Below, piece after piece: positions 25,246 to 37,379 of a stretch of DNA of 54,265 bases. Below the pieces are notes generated by a model that made no database searches, was not told where the DNA came from, and saw nothing but the letters and a program-made list of their open reading frames with translations. A program made the translations under genes and the position numbers. This DNA comes from Octopus bimaculoides (taxonomy: Eukaryota). Location: the NCBI RefSeq assembly GCF_001194135.2, contig NC_068986.1, positions 71,112,525 to 71,166,789 on the forward strand, read 5' to 3'. Every line of letters starts with the position of its first letter. Position 1 is the first letter of the stretch.

Positions 25246-26130
25246 TACACACACGTACACACACACGCAAAGACGCACACGCACACACATGGACGCACAT
25301 ATACCTTCCACACACACCATACACATACACAACATACACATGCATGCACACACATACACACACGTACATACACATGCATACACACACGTACACACACGCA
25401 CACACACGCAAAGAAACACACACGCACAGAAACACACACGCACAGAAACACACACGCACAGAAACACACACGCACAGATACACACACGCACACACACAGG
25501 AACCTCCACACACAGGAAACTCCACACACAGGAACCTCCACACAAAACCCCAAGCACACACTCTCATACACACACGCACATGCACACACGCGCACATACA
25601 CACGCACACACACACACGCACGCACACATACATGAACGCGCATATACCTCCCACATGCACCGCAAACATACAATACGCAGATACATGCACACATACAGAC
25701 ACGTATATACACACACATAAACACGCACACACACATACACACACACACGCACCTACACTACACGCACAAAACACACACAACATACACATACACGCACACG
25801 CATACATGCTCACATATACAGCCCTTCAGAGTGCCTGTCAAACACCCTGCCACTGACCATCCTATCTACGCACATGTGAAAAAACACACAACTACACAAA
25901 AGACTACCACTTCTGTTTCCGCAACTGCTGAATTCTTTCTAAAACATTGACAGGCTCAATGACCACTAGCACATACAAATATAAATAGTTAATACCACAC
26001 ACAGACAAGAAGCTACCACCAACCGCATACACTCACATGCACTCAGTTACTGCCACACACACAAACACGCACATGCTATTACGCACACACACACGCACGT
26101 TCTCATATACCCGCTCATACACACAGAAAC
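25200..26130. repeat. Compound CA-rich micro/minisatellite
   Basis: (CA)n with 16-bp units acacacacgcacagaa and cacacaggaacctcca; source of the HTHT/CVCV ORFs. Confidence 0.92.
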
Positions 26131-26273
26131 CTCCTTCTCTTGCACTCTTCTGTCTCAAAAAGTACTTTTTCTTCGTCCATTCCCTTCCGGTCATTCCAAA
26201 ATGTAACTACATGTGGACTATTGGCGATTTTTTCCCCGCATCCTTCTTTTCTTTTGGACTTACCTCTGTCTCC

Positions 26274-26310
26274 TGTTTCTTAAGAAGAGATTTGCTCGAA
26301 ACGTAAAACA
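26274..26310 (+). ncRNA. Decayed minimal type I hammerhead (core G5 to T)
   Basis: TGTTT-CTTAAGA-A-GAG atttg CTC-GAAAC-GTA-AAACA; stem III is the loopless palindrome ACGT. Confidence 0.7.
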
Positions 26311-26569
26311 CCCTTTCTTTCCTTCCCTGAGCGTCTATTAATACACCGCATGTACCACGTAGTCACATTGTTGCTTTTTTCCTGTGTTTTTTCTTCGTTT
26401 TGTTTGGATTAATCTTATATATATATATATATGAGAGGTATTGTTATCCAGAAGATCCAAGATGAAAGGTAAGGCTATGTAAGTGCTAAGGGAGGGCCGT
26501 ATTTAGACTCTCGGTTCGACAATAATACGAGGAGTCTAATACGGGTCTTGTGTGAGCATGTATGTTAAT

Positions 26570-27573
26570 TAAAATGAGACAAAACCAAGGCTGTGCATAT
26601 ATACATTCGTATGTATGTATGTATGCGCGTGTGTATATCTATATACACATCTATCCGTCTATCAGTCCCCACTATCACTTTAGCTGGTACAATAAACACA
26701 TACGTCTATTTTTAGAAACTTGGCCATTATATCTTATTCTTCCCTTCCTTTTTGAAGTTTACTGCTCACTTTAGTGCACCCCTGTACCATTTTCTTTACC
26801 TATCTCCCCACCTTAGTACCTTTCAAATATATCACACCACCTCCCACTTCTCACATATTCCTTCCTTACATTCTTATCTCTTCCTTCTCTCCCCTTCCCT
26901 TATTCCTTTTATCCTGATAGCTCTCCTTTCTCATCCCCTCACAATATCTTGACCACCATCTAACATTTCTTTTTCATTTGTCTTCTTTCTTTCTTTCTTT
27001 CTTTCCTTCTTTCTTTCTTTCTTTCTTTCTTTCTCTCCTTCTTTCTTCTTTCCCCCTCTTTTCCTTTTGACTAATAACATTCTCCTCCTAATATACATAT
27101 CTTTTCTCTTCTCTCTATCTACTTATCCCTGCCAGTACATTCTCAAAATTTCATTTACACCACAATCTCCCTTTAAATGAACTATGGAATTTATGTCTCC
27201 ACACTATCTACTTGTAATAACAAAATATGAACTCTTATCGGAATCTGCATACCATGGACAAGAAGCATTTCTACCCATTCTACACAGCACTTTCCTTGGC
27301 TAATGGAACTGCAACTGTAACACCCTACATATATTTTTATTTTTATTTGCCTTTATACTTCCTATATCCTTTATTTCTCTTTATACTTCCCATATCCATC
27401 CTTTTCCAAAATAACTCCTTATATCGAACTCTACTATCTCCCTCTAGTTAACTCTCTCATATCGTCTCTGATGAAGCGATATTCCTGATATCCCAGAAAC
27501 AGCTGTAAGACTACTTTTCTCTTTAAAATGTCCTTTAAATTCCACACAGCCTTGGTTTTGTTGTCTCATTTTA
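26570..27573 (+). mobile_element. Non-autonomous Penelope-like element with 5' inverted copy of its 3' end
   Basis: 26570-26595 is the reverse complement of 27545-27573 (3-nt indel). Pyrimidine-rich body with (TTTC)n. Hammerhead about 35 nt upstream of the 3' repeat. Confidence 0.7.
27464..27511 (+). ncRNA. Minimal type I hammerhead ribozyme (GUA cleavage triplet)
   Basis: GTCT-CTGATGA-agc GATAT tcctg ATATC cca-GAAAC-AGCT-GTA-AGAC. Core intact, stem I 4 bp, stem II 5 bp plus an outer G-C, palindromic stem III ACAGCTGT. Confidence 0.82.
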
Positions 27574-27672
27574 TATAACACACACACGCATACACACTCG
27601 CGCGCGCTCTTGTGTGTACATATATAAAGAATTTTGTTGTATGGTATTTAACATACCGCTGTTTCTCTCTCT

Positions 27673-27730
<58 letters not shown>

Positions 27731-28799
27731 ATGTTTGTATTCTCTTCGATTAGATACGAAAATATAAATTTTATATTCACTCTAACGCAAAAATATCGTA
27801 TGTCATTAGATACCAGAGAGTATTTCTGATCTCAATATACTTGATGATGCTATAGAAAATTCTATATATCCCAGTGATAATTAAAATCTAAATGGAAGCT
27901 AGACATTAACGTAATTATTCTTCTCTGTTCATATTAATATTTAGTTCAATAAGTATATTGGCATTGTCACGTTTGGTTGCTGACGTCATATTATGAATTA
28001 AGCTAATGATGCAGGAATACCTATTATAAAAGAATCTCTTCACACTTTAAAGAATGTGCAATGCGTCTTGTACTCAATTGGAATATGGAGGTTAAATTAA
28101 AGTGTGCATTATAATAATTTTACGGAAGGCGAAATTTCTATGATAATTTATAAAGCCATCAAATTATTGTAGAAAAATTGCTTGGAGACAATAGAATTCT
28201 ACAATTTTAATACTTTTATGGTATCAGATTTATTAAAGCTAATAAGTTTTGTTTTTAGTGTTTTGTTAGAAACTTATGTATATCCTCAAGCAATATTGCT
28301 ATTTGGGATTGCCATGATTCATTAAACCTATCCACTCATTCGCTGCATAATACATGTTTTCTGAGTTTTAAGCTTGTATTTTAGCTTGTTGGTAGTTCTT
28401 TGGTAGTTCTTTGGGATGGCCATAACTGGATCGTATTTGATGTGGAACGAAATATATCAAGATCAATTCTTTCTCAAACACACCGAAATATAATTCAAGA
28501 AAGTTCTTTTCTCTATTTATAATGGGATGATAATAAATCGTGGACAAAACAAAAACAGTCAGTACGCTAGCATCCAGCCAAACACAAAACTCACAAAATA
28601 CATAGCAAACATCCAAGAGGCAACGACACTAGAATCAAAAACATTCAACCAACAATGGCATTCATATAGCAATAATAGCAGAAACATCTAGGACCATCTT
28701 TGCAGTCCTACGAGCGAGTAGAAATAGCTCAAATCGATCTCAAAGTACATCCTATTGATTTAATTATAATAATAACTCTTTCTACTAAAGTCTCAAAGC

Positions 28800-28912
28800 C
28801 TGAAATTTTGTGGGAGTGGCTAGTCGATTACATCGGTCCCACTGGTCAACTGGTAATCATTTCATCGACTCCATAGGAATGAAAGGCAAAGTCGATCTCG
28901 GCAGAATTTGAA
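28800..28912 (-). mobile_element. Partial SINE family B
   Basis: gaatgaaaggcaaagtcgatctcggcagaatttgaa. Confidence 0.75.
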
Positions 28913-29044
28913 TAATAATGTAATTTGATAATAAAACTGGATACTTTATATACTCAGAAAAATAAAAAATAAAAGACGGAATGGTAAGAACGGCTGGAAC
29001 GTCTTTCATCATTAGTCTGCTCAGTCAGGGATGACCAACAGTAT

Positions 29045-29046
29045 AC

Positions 29047-29080
<34 letters not shown>

Positions 29081-29088
29081 ACAACAAT

Positions 29089-29119
<31 letters not shown>

Positions 29120-29140
29120 ACAACAACAATACAACAGCAG
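29045..29140. repeat. (CAA)n/(CAG)n microsatellite
   Basis: Direct inspection. Confidence 0.92.
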
Positions 29141-29199
29141 TAGCTACAATAGAAATTACAAAATTGCAATTTCTAAGTTAAAACTGAAATTGCTGGTAA

Positions 29200-31050
29200 T
29201 AGATGTTTTATAGTACATAAACTGAAGTGTTACAAGCGACTCCCAATTTTCACCATAATTTACTAGAATTGCAGATATTGAAGGAAAAAGCCGGTAACAA
29301 GAAATGTATTATCATAATAAACGTATACATACCATCTCAACCTCATAACCATCCCACCAGGTCACCATTGTATGTTTTATCACCTAAACGTATCCCCAAA
29401 CACTATTATCGAGTGACATTTCAATGCTTCTAACACAAAACAAATGTTGATAACATCAAAATACATACATTAGCATCTCAATTAAATTAGTCTTCATTCT
29501 AAACAACCCACACCAGTGCACGCATATATCATATCAAATTAAATACAGCAGTTTTTCTCCAGACACATTTTTTTACTCGACACAATACACACCTACACAC
29601 CATAATTATATGCCAAACAAATTCTCCCACACTTTCACAGCTTTCAAACTCAGTTCAATCAACATCACAATCACATAGAAAAATACTGCAGTACTTGCAG
29701 TCTACAAAATAGAGAAACCTTTAAAAATACCTCAACACAAATATGAAAAATACAATTCTAACTTCTTTTCGTGTCTTGCTCCCAGGAGGATATGCATTAA
29801 TCATGTACAATGTCTCTGTAACTGGCAGGGGAAAAAGAGGAAGCGATCACAATTCACAATTACTCTGAAAATCATGATTATTCCTTTGGAAATATCACAT
29901 CAACGTATCTAGTTTTTCTGAGGTCGGAATACTTATGACAGAGTGAATACATCTAACGAAACCCTAGAATCAGGTAGTTCATTAAGTTTATACCCCAAGG
30001 ACAAATATCGTGTACACGAGAAACTTCACACAAATTCTTTCAACCCAGTAAGGCTTGAATAGACCCGAGGCTACAAGAAGAATAACCGGCCAAACGTGAC
30101 CCTCAGTGAATTCCGGAACCATGTAATTGAGAAGCTACTTTGTAATCGTATAGCCATAGTTTACTACACAATTGGAATAGTATGAGCTAATGAGAATCCT
30201 CTACCTGCTCATTCGACCTGATAAAATGTCATCAACACCTCTCCAAACTATACCCTACCGTCTAAAAAAGTCCACATTCAATTATATAGTACATGATAGG
30301 CCAGATAAGAAAAATGGAAAAACGATGGAATGATCAATTTTGATTGATTTTGATTATAGGTCTGCCTCATCAAGGCTAGCTTAAGTATAAACGGTAACGA
30401 TGAAGCCTGAAACAATATCCTTAATAAAATAATATACAACTAGTAAAATAGCACAGAAATCAATTAACAGCAGCACTAAATCTAACATTGTTTGTAACTT
30501 ATGAGACATCCCAGTAGTAATTTTAATTACAAGACTGTGACAGAGCGTGTACATGGTCGTTTGTCTGTTAGAAATAGCATTCCTCAAAATGCACACCTAA
30601 TCTTAAAGAGGAAAGGCAATTAAATAATGTGGTTCTGAATACATGCTTCAAAAATTTTGATCGTAAGCTGACCTGCGGCTACACAACAACAACAACAATT
30701 AAAATGAATTCAAATAAGCCCAATTCAAAAAATGATATCAAATACCTTGTTGAAACCTATTTTGCATCAGTTATGAGGAAATCCACAAAGAAGCGAGTGT
30801 ACAAAATGGAAGCTGCCAATTTCCCCTCAAATTATAAGCGGAACCCACTTGATACACTTAAAAAAAGCGACAAGGGCATTCTATAGTATAGAAGTCTTAG
30901 GGTTTGAAACTATCCCATAATTATACTTCAAAATATGGCATTAATCAATATCTTCAAAAACGCATACTGACGTTTCCAACTCCCAACTATGTAGAAACTG
31001 CAAAGTAATACCAATTCTTAAAACTAGGAAAATATACAGCTTCATCGAGG
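29200..31050 (+). mobile_element. Highly degenerate I/Jockey-group LINE remnants (APE piece about 29200-29450, RT-start piece about 30620-31050)
   Basis: LELQIL..IIINVYIP followed by a degenerate GDFNA, and IFKNAY*RFQLPTM*K/KVIPILK resembling WK.AKVIPILKPGK. Confidence 0.5.
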
Positions 31051-31269
31051 AGGTTGAATAGCACCGAAACTTGTCTTCGGTTGTCCACACCTACAAAAAG
31101 CAAAGAAAAAAATCAAATATTCTCCCATCCTAGTACAACGCTTAATTTAATTGCATTTTAGCAAATTGAAATTTCAGTAATTTTTTGTTTTGTTCTTTGT
31201 ACGTAAGAAAAACTTCTCATTAAGAATGTTTTTTTTTAAATTTTCGCTCTATCTCATTATAATTTCAAG

Positions 31270-31476
31270 CAGGGTGGCGAGCTGTCAGAATCATTAGCAC
31301 ATCAAACAAAATACTTAGCAACATTTCTTCCGGCTCCTTACGTTTTGAGTTCAAATTCCGCCGAGATCGACTTTGCTTTTCGAGGTCGATAAAATAAAAT
31401 GCAGTTGAGCCCTGGGGATCGATCTAAACCACTTACACTTACCCTAAAATTGGCAATTTCAAATTTGAAACCATTA
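31270..31476 (+). mobile_element. tRNA-derived SINE (family B)
   Basis: ggcgagctgtcagaatcattagcac..gagttcaaattccgccgagatcgactttgc. Confidence 0.85.
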
Positions 31477-31480
31477 TCCA

Positions 31481-31655
31481 TTGCTTGTTTCAGTCATTAG
31501 ACTGCGGGTATGCAGAGGTACCGCGCTGAAGAATTTTAGTCGAACGAATCGATTCTAGCACTTTTATTTATTTATGCCAAATACTTATTCCATCGGGCAC
31601 TTCAGCTGAATCAGCAAGTCACAGGACGTAAACACACCATCACTTGTTCTCAAGC

Positions 31656-31693
<38 letters not shown>

Positions 31694-31845
31694 ACGGACT
31701 TCTTTCAGTTTCCGTCTACCACATCCACTCACAAGGCCTTTGTCAACCCGAGGTTATAGTTGAAGGCAATTGTTCAAGGTGTCATGCAGTGGGACTGAAA
31801 CTGGATCCATGTGGTTGAGAAGGAAACTTTTTACCACACAGCCAC
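31481..31845 (-). mobile_element. tRNA-derived SINE (family A)
   Basis: Same modules as 23550-23936. Confidence 0.88.
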
Positions 31846-32234
31846 ATATTCATCTTTTCTATGATTATATTTTCAAATAATTAAACTGTGTCAAATTCCT
31901 CATGCAAGAGGCACTCTCGGTTGAACGTGTGTGTGTATGTGTGTGTTAGTTAACTTTTAAAATTCTTTTTAGCCAGGACAAAATGCTATCCTATCAAAGA
32001 TTGGCAACAAAGTGGGCGGGAGGTAAACTCAAACCAGAAACCCATCCCAAACTAATACAAGAGGTGAATTTGCTAAAATACTCAAATGGTCAGGTGATGG
32101 TATGGTATTAAACTGGATGAGAATTAGAGTCTACCATTCGTGTAGCCATCTCAGGAATGGAAATCTGAGAACTTAACGAAATCCGGTCCGACGCTCTAAT
32201 GATTCTGACTTAGCCTATTCGCCTCGCGCGCGTT

Positions 32235-32292
<58 letters not shown>

Positions 32293-33199
32293 GTATGTAA
32301 CTGACGGAAGAAGAGAGAGCTGCACCAAAAGTCAGAAGGCTGGTACTGGTTTTCAGGTTAGTAGAGCCCGGGAAATATGAAGTGGCTTACTCAAAGATAC
32401 AATGCGTCACCTGGTAAAGAAATCGGACCCAAGACCTTACGATCGTGAGGCCAACACCATAGTACCAAGGCTGCGTGACTTCACTCGTGTATACAAATTC
32501 GTTGAAAAAACTCATTATATTGCAGTAGAGTTAATTTATTTCATTATTTGAGTTACAAAGTGAGTCAGCAGCTAATAATTCTGTGCGCTGTAATTATCAT
32601 CTTCGACTAATGCAATGCATGAATCTTTCAGACTTTGAGTCATTTTTAAAACTTTACATATGAATTAAATGTGCAAGTCTTTTTATGTTTGTGCGCGCTT
32701 GCGTCTATACACATACATACACGAATGATTTCATCTACGTAAATTGGATCTTTTCTGTCACAGTGTTTGAAATTTTAAAATTAAGAGAACATTTTCGAAT
32801 TTGGAATATTGATATAATTTTTCCCACCGAATCTGATGTTATTCAATTGTTCCAGAAACGTTTTCGAAAAATGTTACAGACGTTTAATTTTACCACATCA
32901 GAAAACAGGATTTGGAATCTGGCATTTGTGCATGATAGCAGTCTAGCACAACAGTACGACAAAATTTTATCAACAAAATGAAAGCAATATATTACCACGA
33001 CGAAAGTCGAAAGAAATTTTGAAGTTTTAATAAGTTTAAATGACTAAAGTCATGTAACACATTGGAACAAGGAAAAATCCTAAATGAAATTTGTTGGGGC
33101 TAAAAATTACAAAAAACAAAAGGATGAAAAACAACAACGAAAAACTATACGTTATACTACTGTAGTCCACTTCATGCGAACATTTAATGTTCCTTTTGT

Positions 33200-33780
33200 A
33201 GCGAAAAACTCAAAAACGAAAGTTTGAGATACACTCTAGGCGTTTATCAAACAAATTACAATTTTCGGATCGCCTGTGCCACATAAATTTGCAGAAATAC
33301 GAGTCAACCATAGGAGGGTTTTTCCCACTGCTCTGTTTATTCTCTCGTTTTACACTGACCGTGGTTGCGTGCGGGTAATATCGCTGGAGTTAACAAACAC
33401 AACACTGTAGTTCACTGTTCTATGTTGAAAATTATAACGATTAATTTTCAGGATGTGAGAGTAGACCCTCCACAAGTCACTGAAAATTGTGGTCCATGGA
33501 GGAATAGACCAAGGTATGCATTCCTCTAGTGTGTCGTGTGTCGCGATTCTGACATGGCACCGCATAGAGATAGACATATCTGGTCACGTGACGCACTCCT
33601 CCGAAAACCCACTGTTCAGGCAGCACCCTTCCTCAGTTGTATTTACGTCTTGAGAAAACTGTTTCGTCTATCTCAACAATGTTCCCAGGTCCGCCTATCT
33701 GAACTGGGTTACGGAGCAGGTCCTCCACATATTTCGCGAACATAGTTGTTGTAATCAACAGCTGCGCAATAGCTCAGGCA
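33200..33780 (-). mobile_element. Merlin (IS1016/ISXO2-like, IS1595 family) DNA transposon fragment
   Basis: Minus strand: [37 protein letters not shown], then TIFSDLWRVY..HRTVNYSVVFVN, then VDSYFCKFMWHRR. Confidence 0.87.
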
Positions 33781-34639
33781 ATACACGTGGTTGTAGTAGT
33801 TTAAGCAGATTATACGTTGGCTTGTTACTATGGGAACAGGCACCAATATGTTTGTAGCTTTCCATTGGCTAAAATTTGCAAACTTAAAAAGCTATTAACT
33901 TCTTATTAATTTATGTCAAAAATGAATTTCATTTCCATAATTAGTATACAGAACTATTTCAGTATACCAAATTTGATAACAATTGAAACAAAATTTTAAA
34001 AATATTAAGAACTTTGACAGCAACAGAAAAATTCCCGTAAATATGTTAAAGGAAAGATTTCCAGTTTCATGGTTTTTTATTCAGTGAACTATTAGTTTTA
34101 CATTCTGTCATTTTAACATTTTCCACAGATCCCTAACAATAATAGTGCTCTGGATTTCTACTTAGGTAAGTTGGTTAACCTTTATTATTTTTGAAAGTTA
34201 CTTGTTTCTATGGTGCCACAATGGCGAGTGATAAAGCATAGAAATAACAAATAATAGCGAAAAATAAAGGAAAGCTAAACTGTCATAATAAAACATCGCA
34301 ATGCGGACATGGTGCACATTTCCCTCTAATCAAGTATACTCAACACAGCTTAGCTTGACATTTAAGAAAAAAAACTCACCTACTAACGGATGCAAGAATG
34401 AATTGATGCAACAGCCACTGGCTACAATGGTGGTAATGAAGTCGATTATAGGGAAGTGCTAGATAATGGAAAAAACCCAAACAAAACAAAAATAAACCAA
34501 AAAAAGCAAAACAAAACAAAATAGTACAGCTAATTCTTGTCGATGCTTTGTATTTATTGATTTAATATTTATTTTATTGTTTGTTTTTATCCACCATTAC
34601 GATATTGAAATAATTACCACAGCCATTGTAATCACTGGT

Positions 34640-34664
34640 GATAATAATAATAATAATGATGATA

Positions 34665-34733
<69 letters not shown>

Positions 34734-34980
34734 GTGATAGTTAAATTAATAGTAATAATCATACTGCTACAAAACAATAACAATAATTTCTCCTCCTCCT
34801 CTTCTGTCCTCTCTCTCTCCTCCTCCTCCTCTCTTCCCTCTCCTCCACTCCATATCCACTCCACCTCCACTCCTCCTCGTCGTCATCGTCGTCGTAGTCG
34901 TCCTCGTCCTCGTCCTCGTCCTCCTCGTCCTCGTCCTCGTCCCCCTCCTCGTCCCCCTCCTCCTCGTCGTCCTCCACCTC

Positions 34981-35015
<35 letters not shown>
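34640..35015. repeat. Compound trinucleotide array (AAT)n-(TCC)n-(TCG)n-(TAC)n
   Basis: Direct inspection. Confidence 0.93.
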
Positions 35016-35016
<1 letters not shown>

Positions 35017-35272
35017 GTTTAAAATTTAAGCACAAAGCCAACAATTGTAAGACAGGTGATTAAGCGATTACATTGACTCCAGTACTTGACTGGTACTTAC
35101 TTCATTGACCCCGAAATGTTGGATTTAAAGTCGACCTCGACAGGATTTCAGCTTAGGATGCAAAGAACCGGGATAGTTTCAGTTTCCCCTGTCGGGATTT
35201 GAACTCAGAATCTAAAGAACACGAAGAAATACCGCAAGGTATCATTTTTCCAATACCCTGACGATTCTGCAA
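35017..35272 (-). mobile_element. SINE family B
   Basis: ggtacttacttcattgaccccgaa..aaagtcgacctcg..tttgaactcagaa..gattctgcaag. Confidence 0.75.
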
Positions 35273-35334
35273 GATCATCACCTTAATGATGACGATGTTG
35301 TTGATGATGATGAAGTTGATGATAATAATGATGG

Positions 35335-35395
<61 letters not shown>

Positions 35396-35420
35396 AATAA
35401 TAATAATAATAATAATAATA

Positions 35421-35875
35421 ACTCCATGGCCAATACCTTGCATGACTTGACAGAGAAGTGCGCCAAAGTAAAAGCTAACAATGGCTCAAAAGCTCTGGAC
35501 TAAAAGCTGAAACGGAAGGACTGATTCTCGCTGCACAAGACTAATGTCTGACCACAAACAACTATACCTGGAAATAGAGGTAACTCGAATGTGGAATCTA
35601 AAAACAGAAACAATTCCTATCATAGTAGGTGCCTTAGGTATAATAAAAAAAATATTCAGACAAATACATAACAAAAACACCAGGACTTACAAATATATAT
35701 AACATACAGAAAATTGCACTACTGGGCACTGCACACATCCTACGCAAAACACTCTAAATACAGTAACCATAAGAGCATCACAGCAAACCACAGCACATAC
35801 CCAAGGCACACAGAGCTGCGCTTGGTAGTGAAGTGAAAGCATGTTATAAAAATAAAACTACTGAATAATAATAAT

Positions 35876-35943
<68 letters not shown>
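35421..35943 (+). mobile_element. 5'-truncated, internally deleted R4/Dong-clade (RLE) LINE with (TAA)n tail
   Basis: LHGQYL..QWLKSSGLKAETEGLILAAQD*, jump to LEIEVTRMWNLKTETIPIIVGALG..IQKIALLGTAHILRKTL*, 3' UTR, then (TAA)n 35865-35943. Confidence 0.9.
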
Positions 35944-35945
<2 letters not shown>

Positions 35946-37379
35946 TATGTTTGCATGAGCGCGTGCACGTGTATGTATGTGTCTTTGTCTTTGTGCTTCT
36001 CACCGTAAACAAACGAATACTTCAGCAAAACGAAACCTATAGAATAAGTACAAGATTTAAAAACCGATTACTGTGTTCGATATGATCGATTATACACTTC
36101 GAAGTCCAACGAATGAACCAAGTAAAAGAATAATATAAATGTATATGTATGTAAGTATGTATTTATTGAATAGGGTACAGCACAAAAGCATGCGGTCTTT
36201 TGATGCTAACATTATACAAAAATACTTCTCTTTAACGCGATGACATACATTTTCGCTTTTAATGCATTCTGGGAAATTTAACTGAATATGGTAATTGCTA
36301 TTTTATTTCGGATACCTTCTCCTTTCAGAAGATGCATGTTCACAGCATACTTGATTCATTGAAGTAAGGAGTTGCCGGTGTTTCCACCTGATATGGCTAT
36401 TCAATCTAAATAAACTATCTCGGAACAATGAATGTAATATGTTCTCCGAAGACAAAATACTACAATGATGATATATTTACGTTCAAATCTGCCAGAACGT
36501 ATTATGAATGAAAATGTGTCATTGTTTTCAGTCTCGCTGTTTTTCGTGCACATGATTTTGACAGGCATCAGTATACATCAGCAAATGTTAAATTCTCTAA
36601 ATGAAAAAAAAAAAAAAGAATGTTCTTGCTTCATTCATGGATGCAGGTGTTATGTCTCAAAGTTCCCTTACATCAGTGAATCGAATATGTTGTGGACATA
36701 TATCGTCTGAAACGAGGTGTTCTTAACACTGTTGACAAGCGCAGGACTGAAAAAAAGGACTGAAGGGTTATTGATCATGCACAGACTCAAAGCAAATTCA
36801 TTAGAAACCATCAAAACTTTGTAACAGAGCAGAATACGGTAACTACAAATATATGTAAATGAGGGAGAAACAATTAAACTGCCCAGGATAAATTCATTGA
36901 CCTGACAGTATTGGGTCTTATTTACATTGAAAGTCATGCCAGTGCTATGAAACGCCACCCAGAACAGATAATATCGACATACACAAAGAAAGGTATCGGA
37001 GAATGCCAAAGCACCCACACTCTGAGATAAGCCATAATACGCAGTATTGGAGACCAAGACTAATCGACGAGATATTGTTGTCAATGACCATGAGTTAATA
37101 AAATTCTCTTTAATCGGTATATTAAATCCCAACAGAAATTAGAGATCTGAAAAAAGACAGAACCCCCACCCCCAAAAAAACAAAACAAAACAAAACAAAA
37201 AGAGATAATTTGAAGAATAAGAATATGAATAAGAACAACGACAGCAACTGCATCAGGGACTTTTGACATAAGTGATTGCTGTTGGATAGTGTAGGGAAAA
37301 TATCCAATAACAATGGTTAAAAAAGAACAATGAATTATATCGAAAACAATTCAAAGACATTTTTCATCCCGAATAAACA

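Larger units (their letters stand above)
24290..26420 (+). mobile_element. 5'-truncated Penelope-like element: inverted partial pLTR, GIY-YIG remnant, microsatellite-filled 3' region, pLTR with decayed hammerhead
   Basis: 24290-24365 is a diverged reverse complement of 26312-26390. GIY-YIG frame at 24471-24860. Hammerhead motif at 26274-26310. Confidence 0.85.

Noticed and set aside
25172-25856. His/Thr-rich and Cys/Val-rich ORFs resembling metal-binding proteins
   Set aside because: Translations of (CA)n/(TG)n repeats inside a PLE.
34574-35481. Poly-Ile/Pro/Thr/Asp-Glu ORFs
   Set aside because: Compound trinucleotide repeats open in several frames on both strands, with no unique coding flank.
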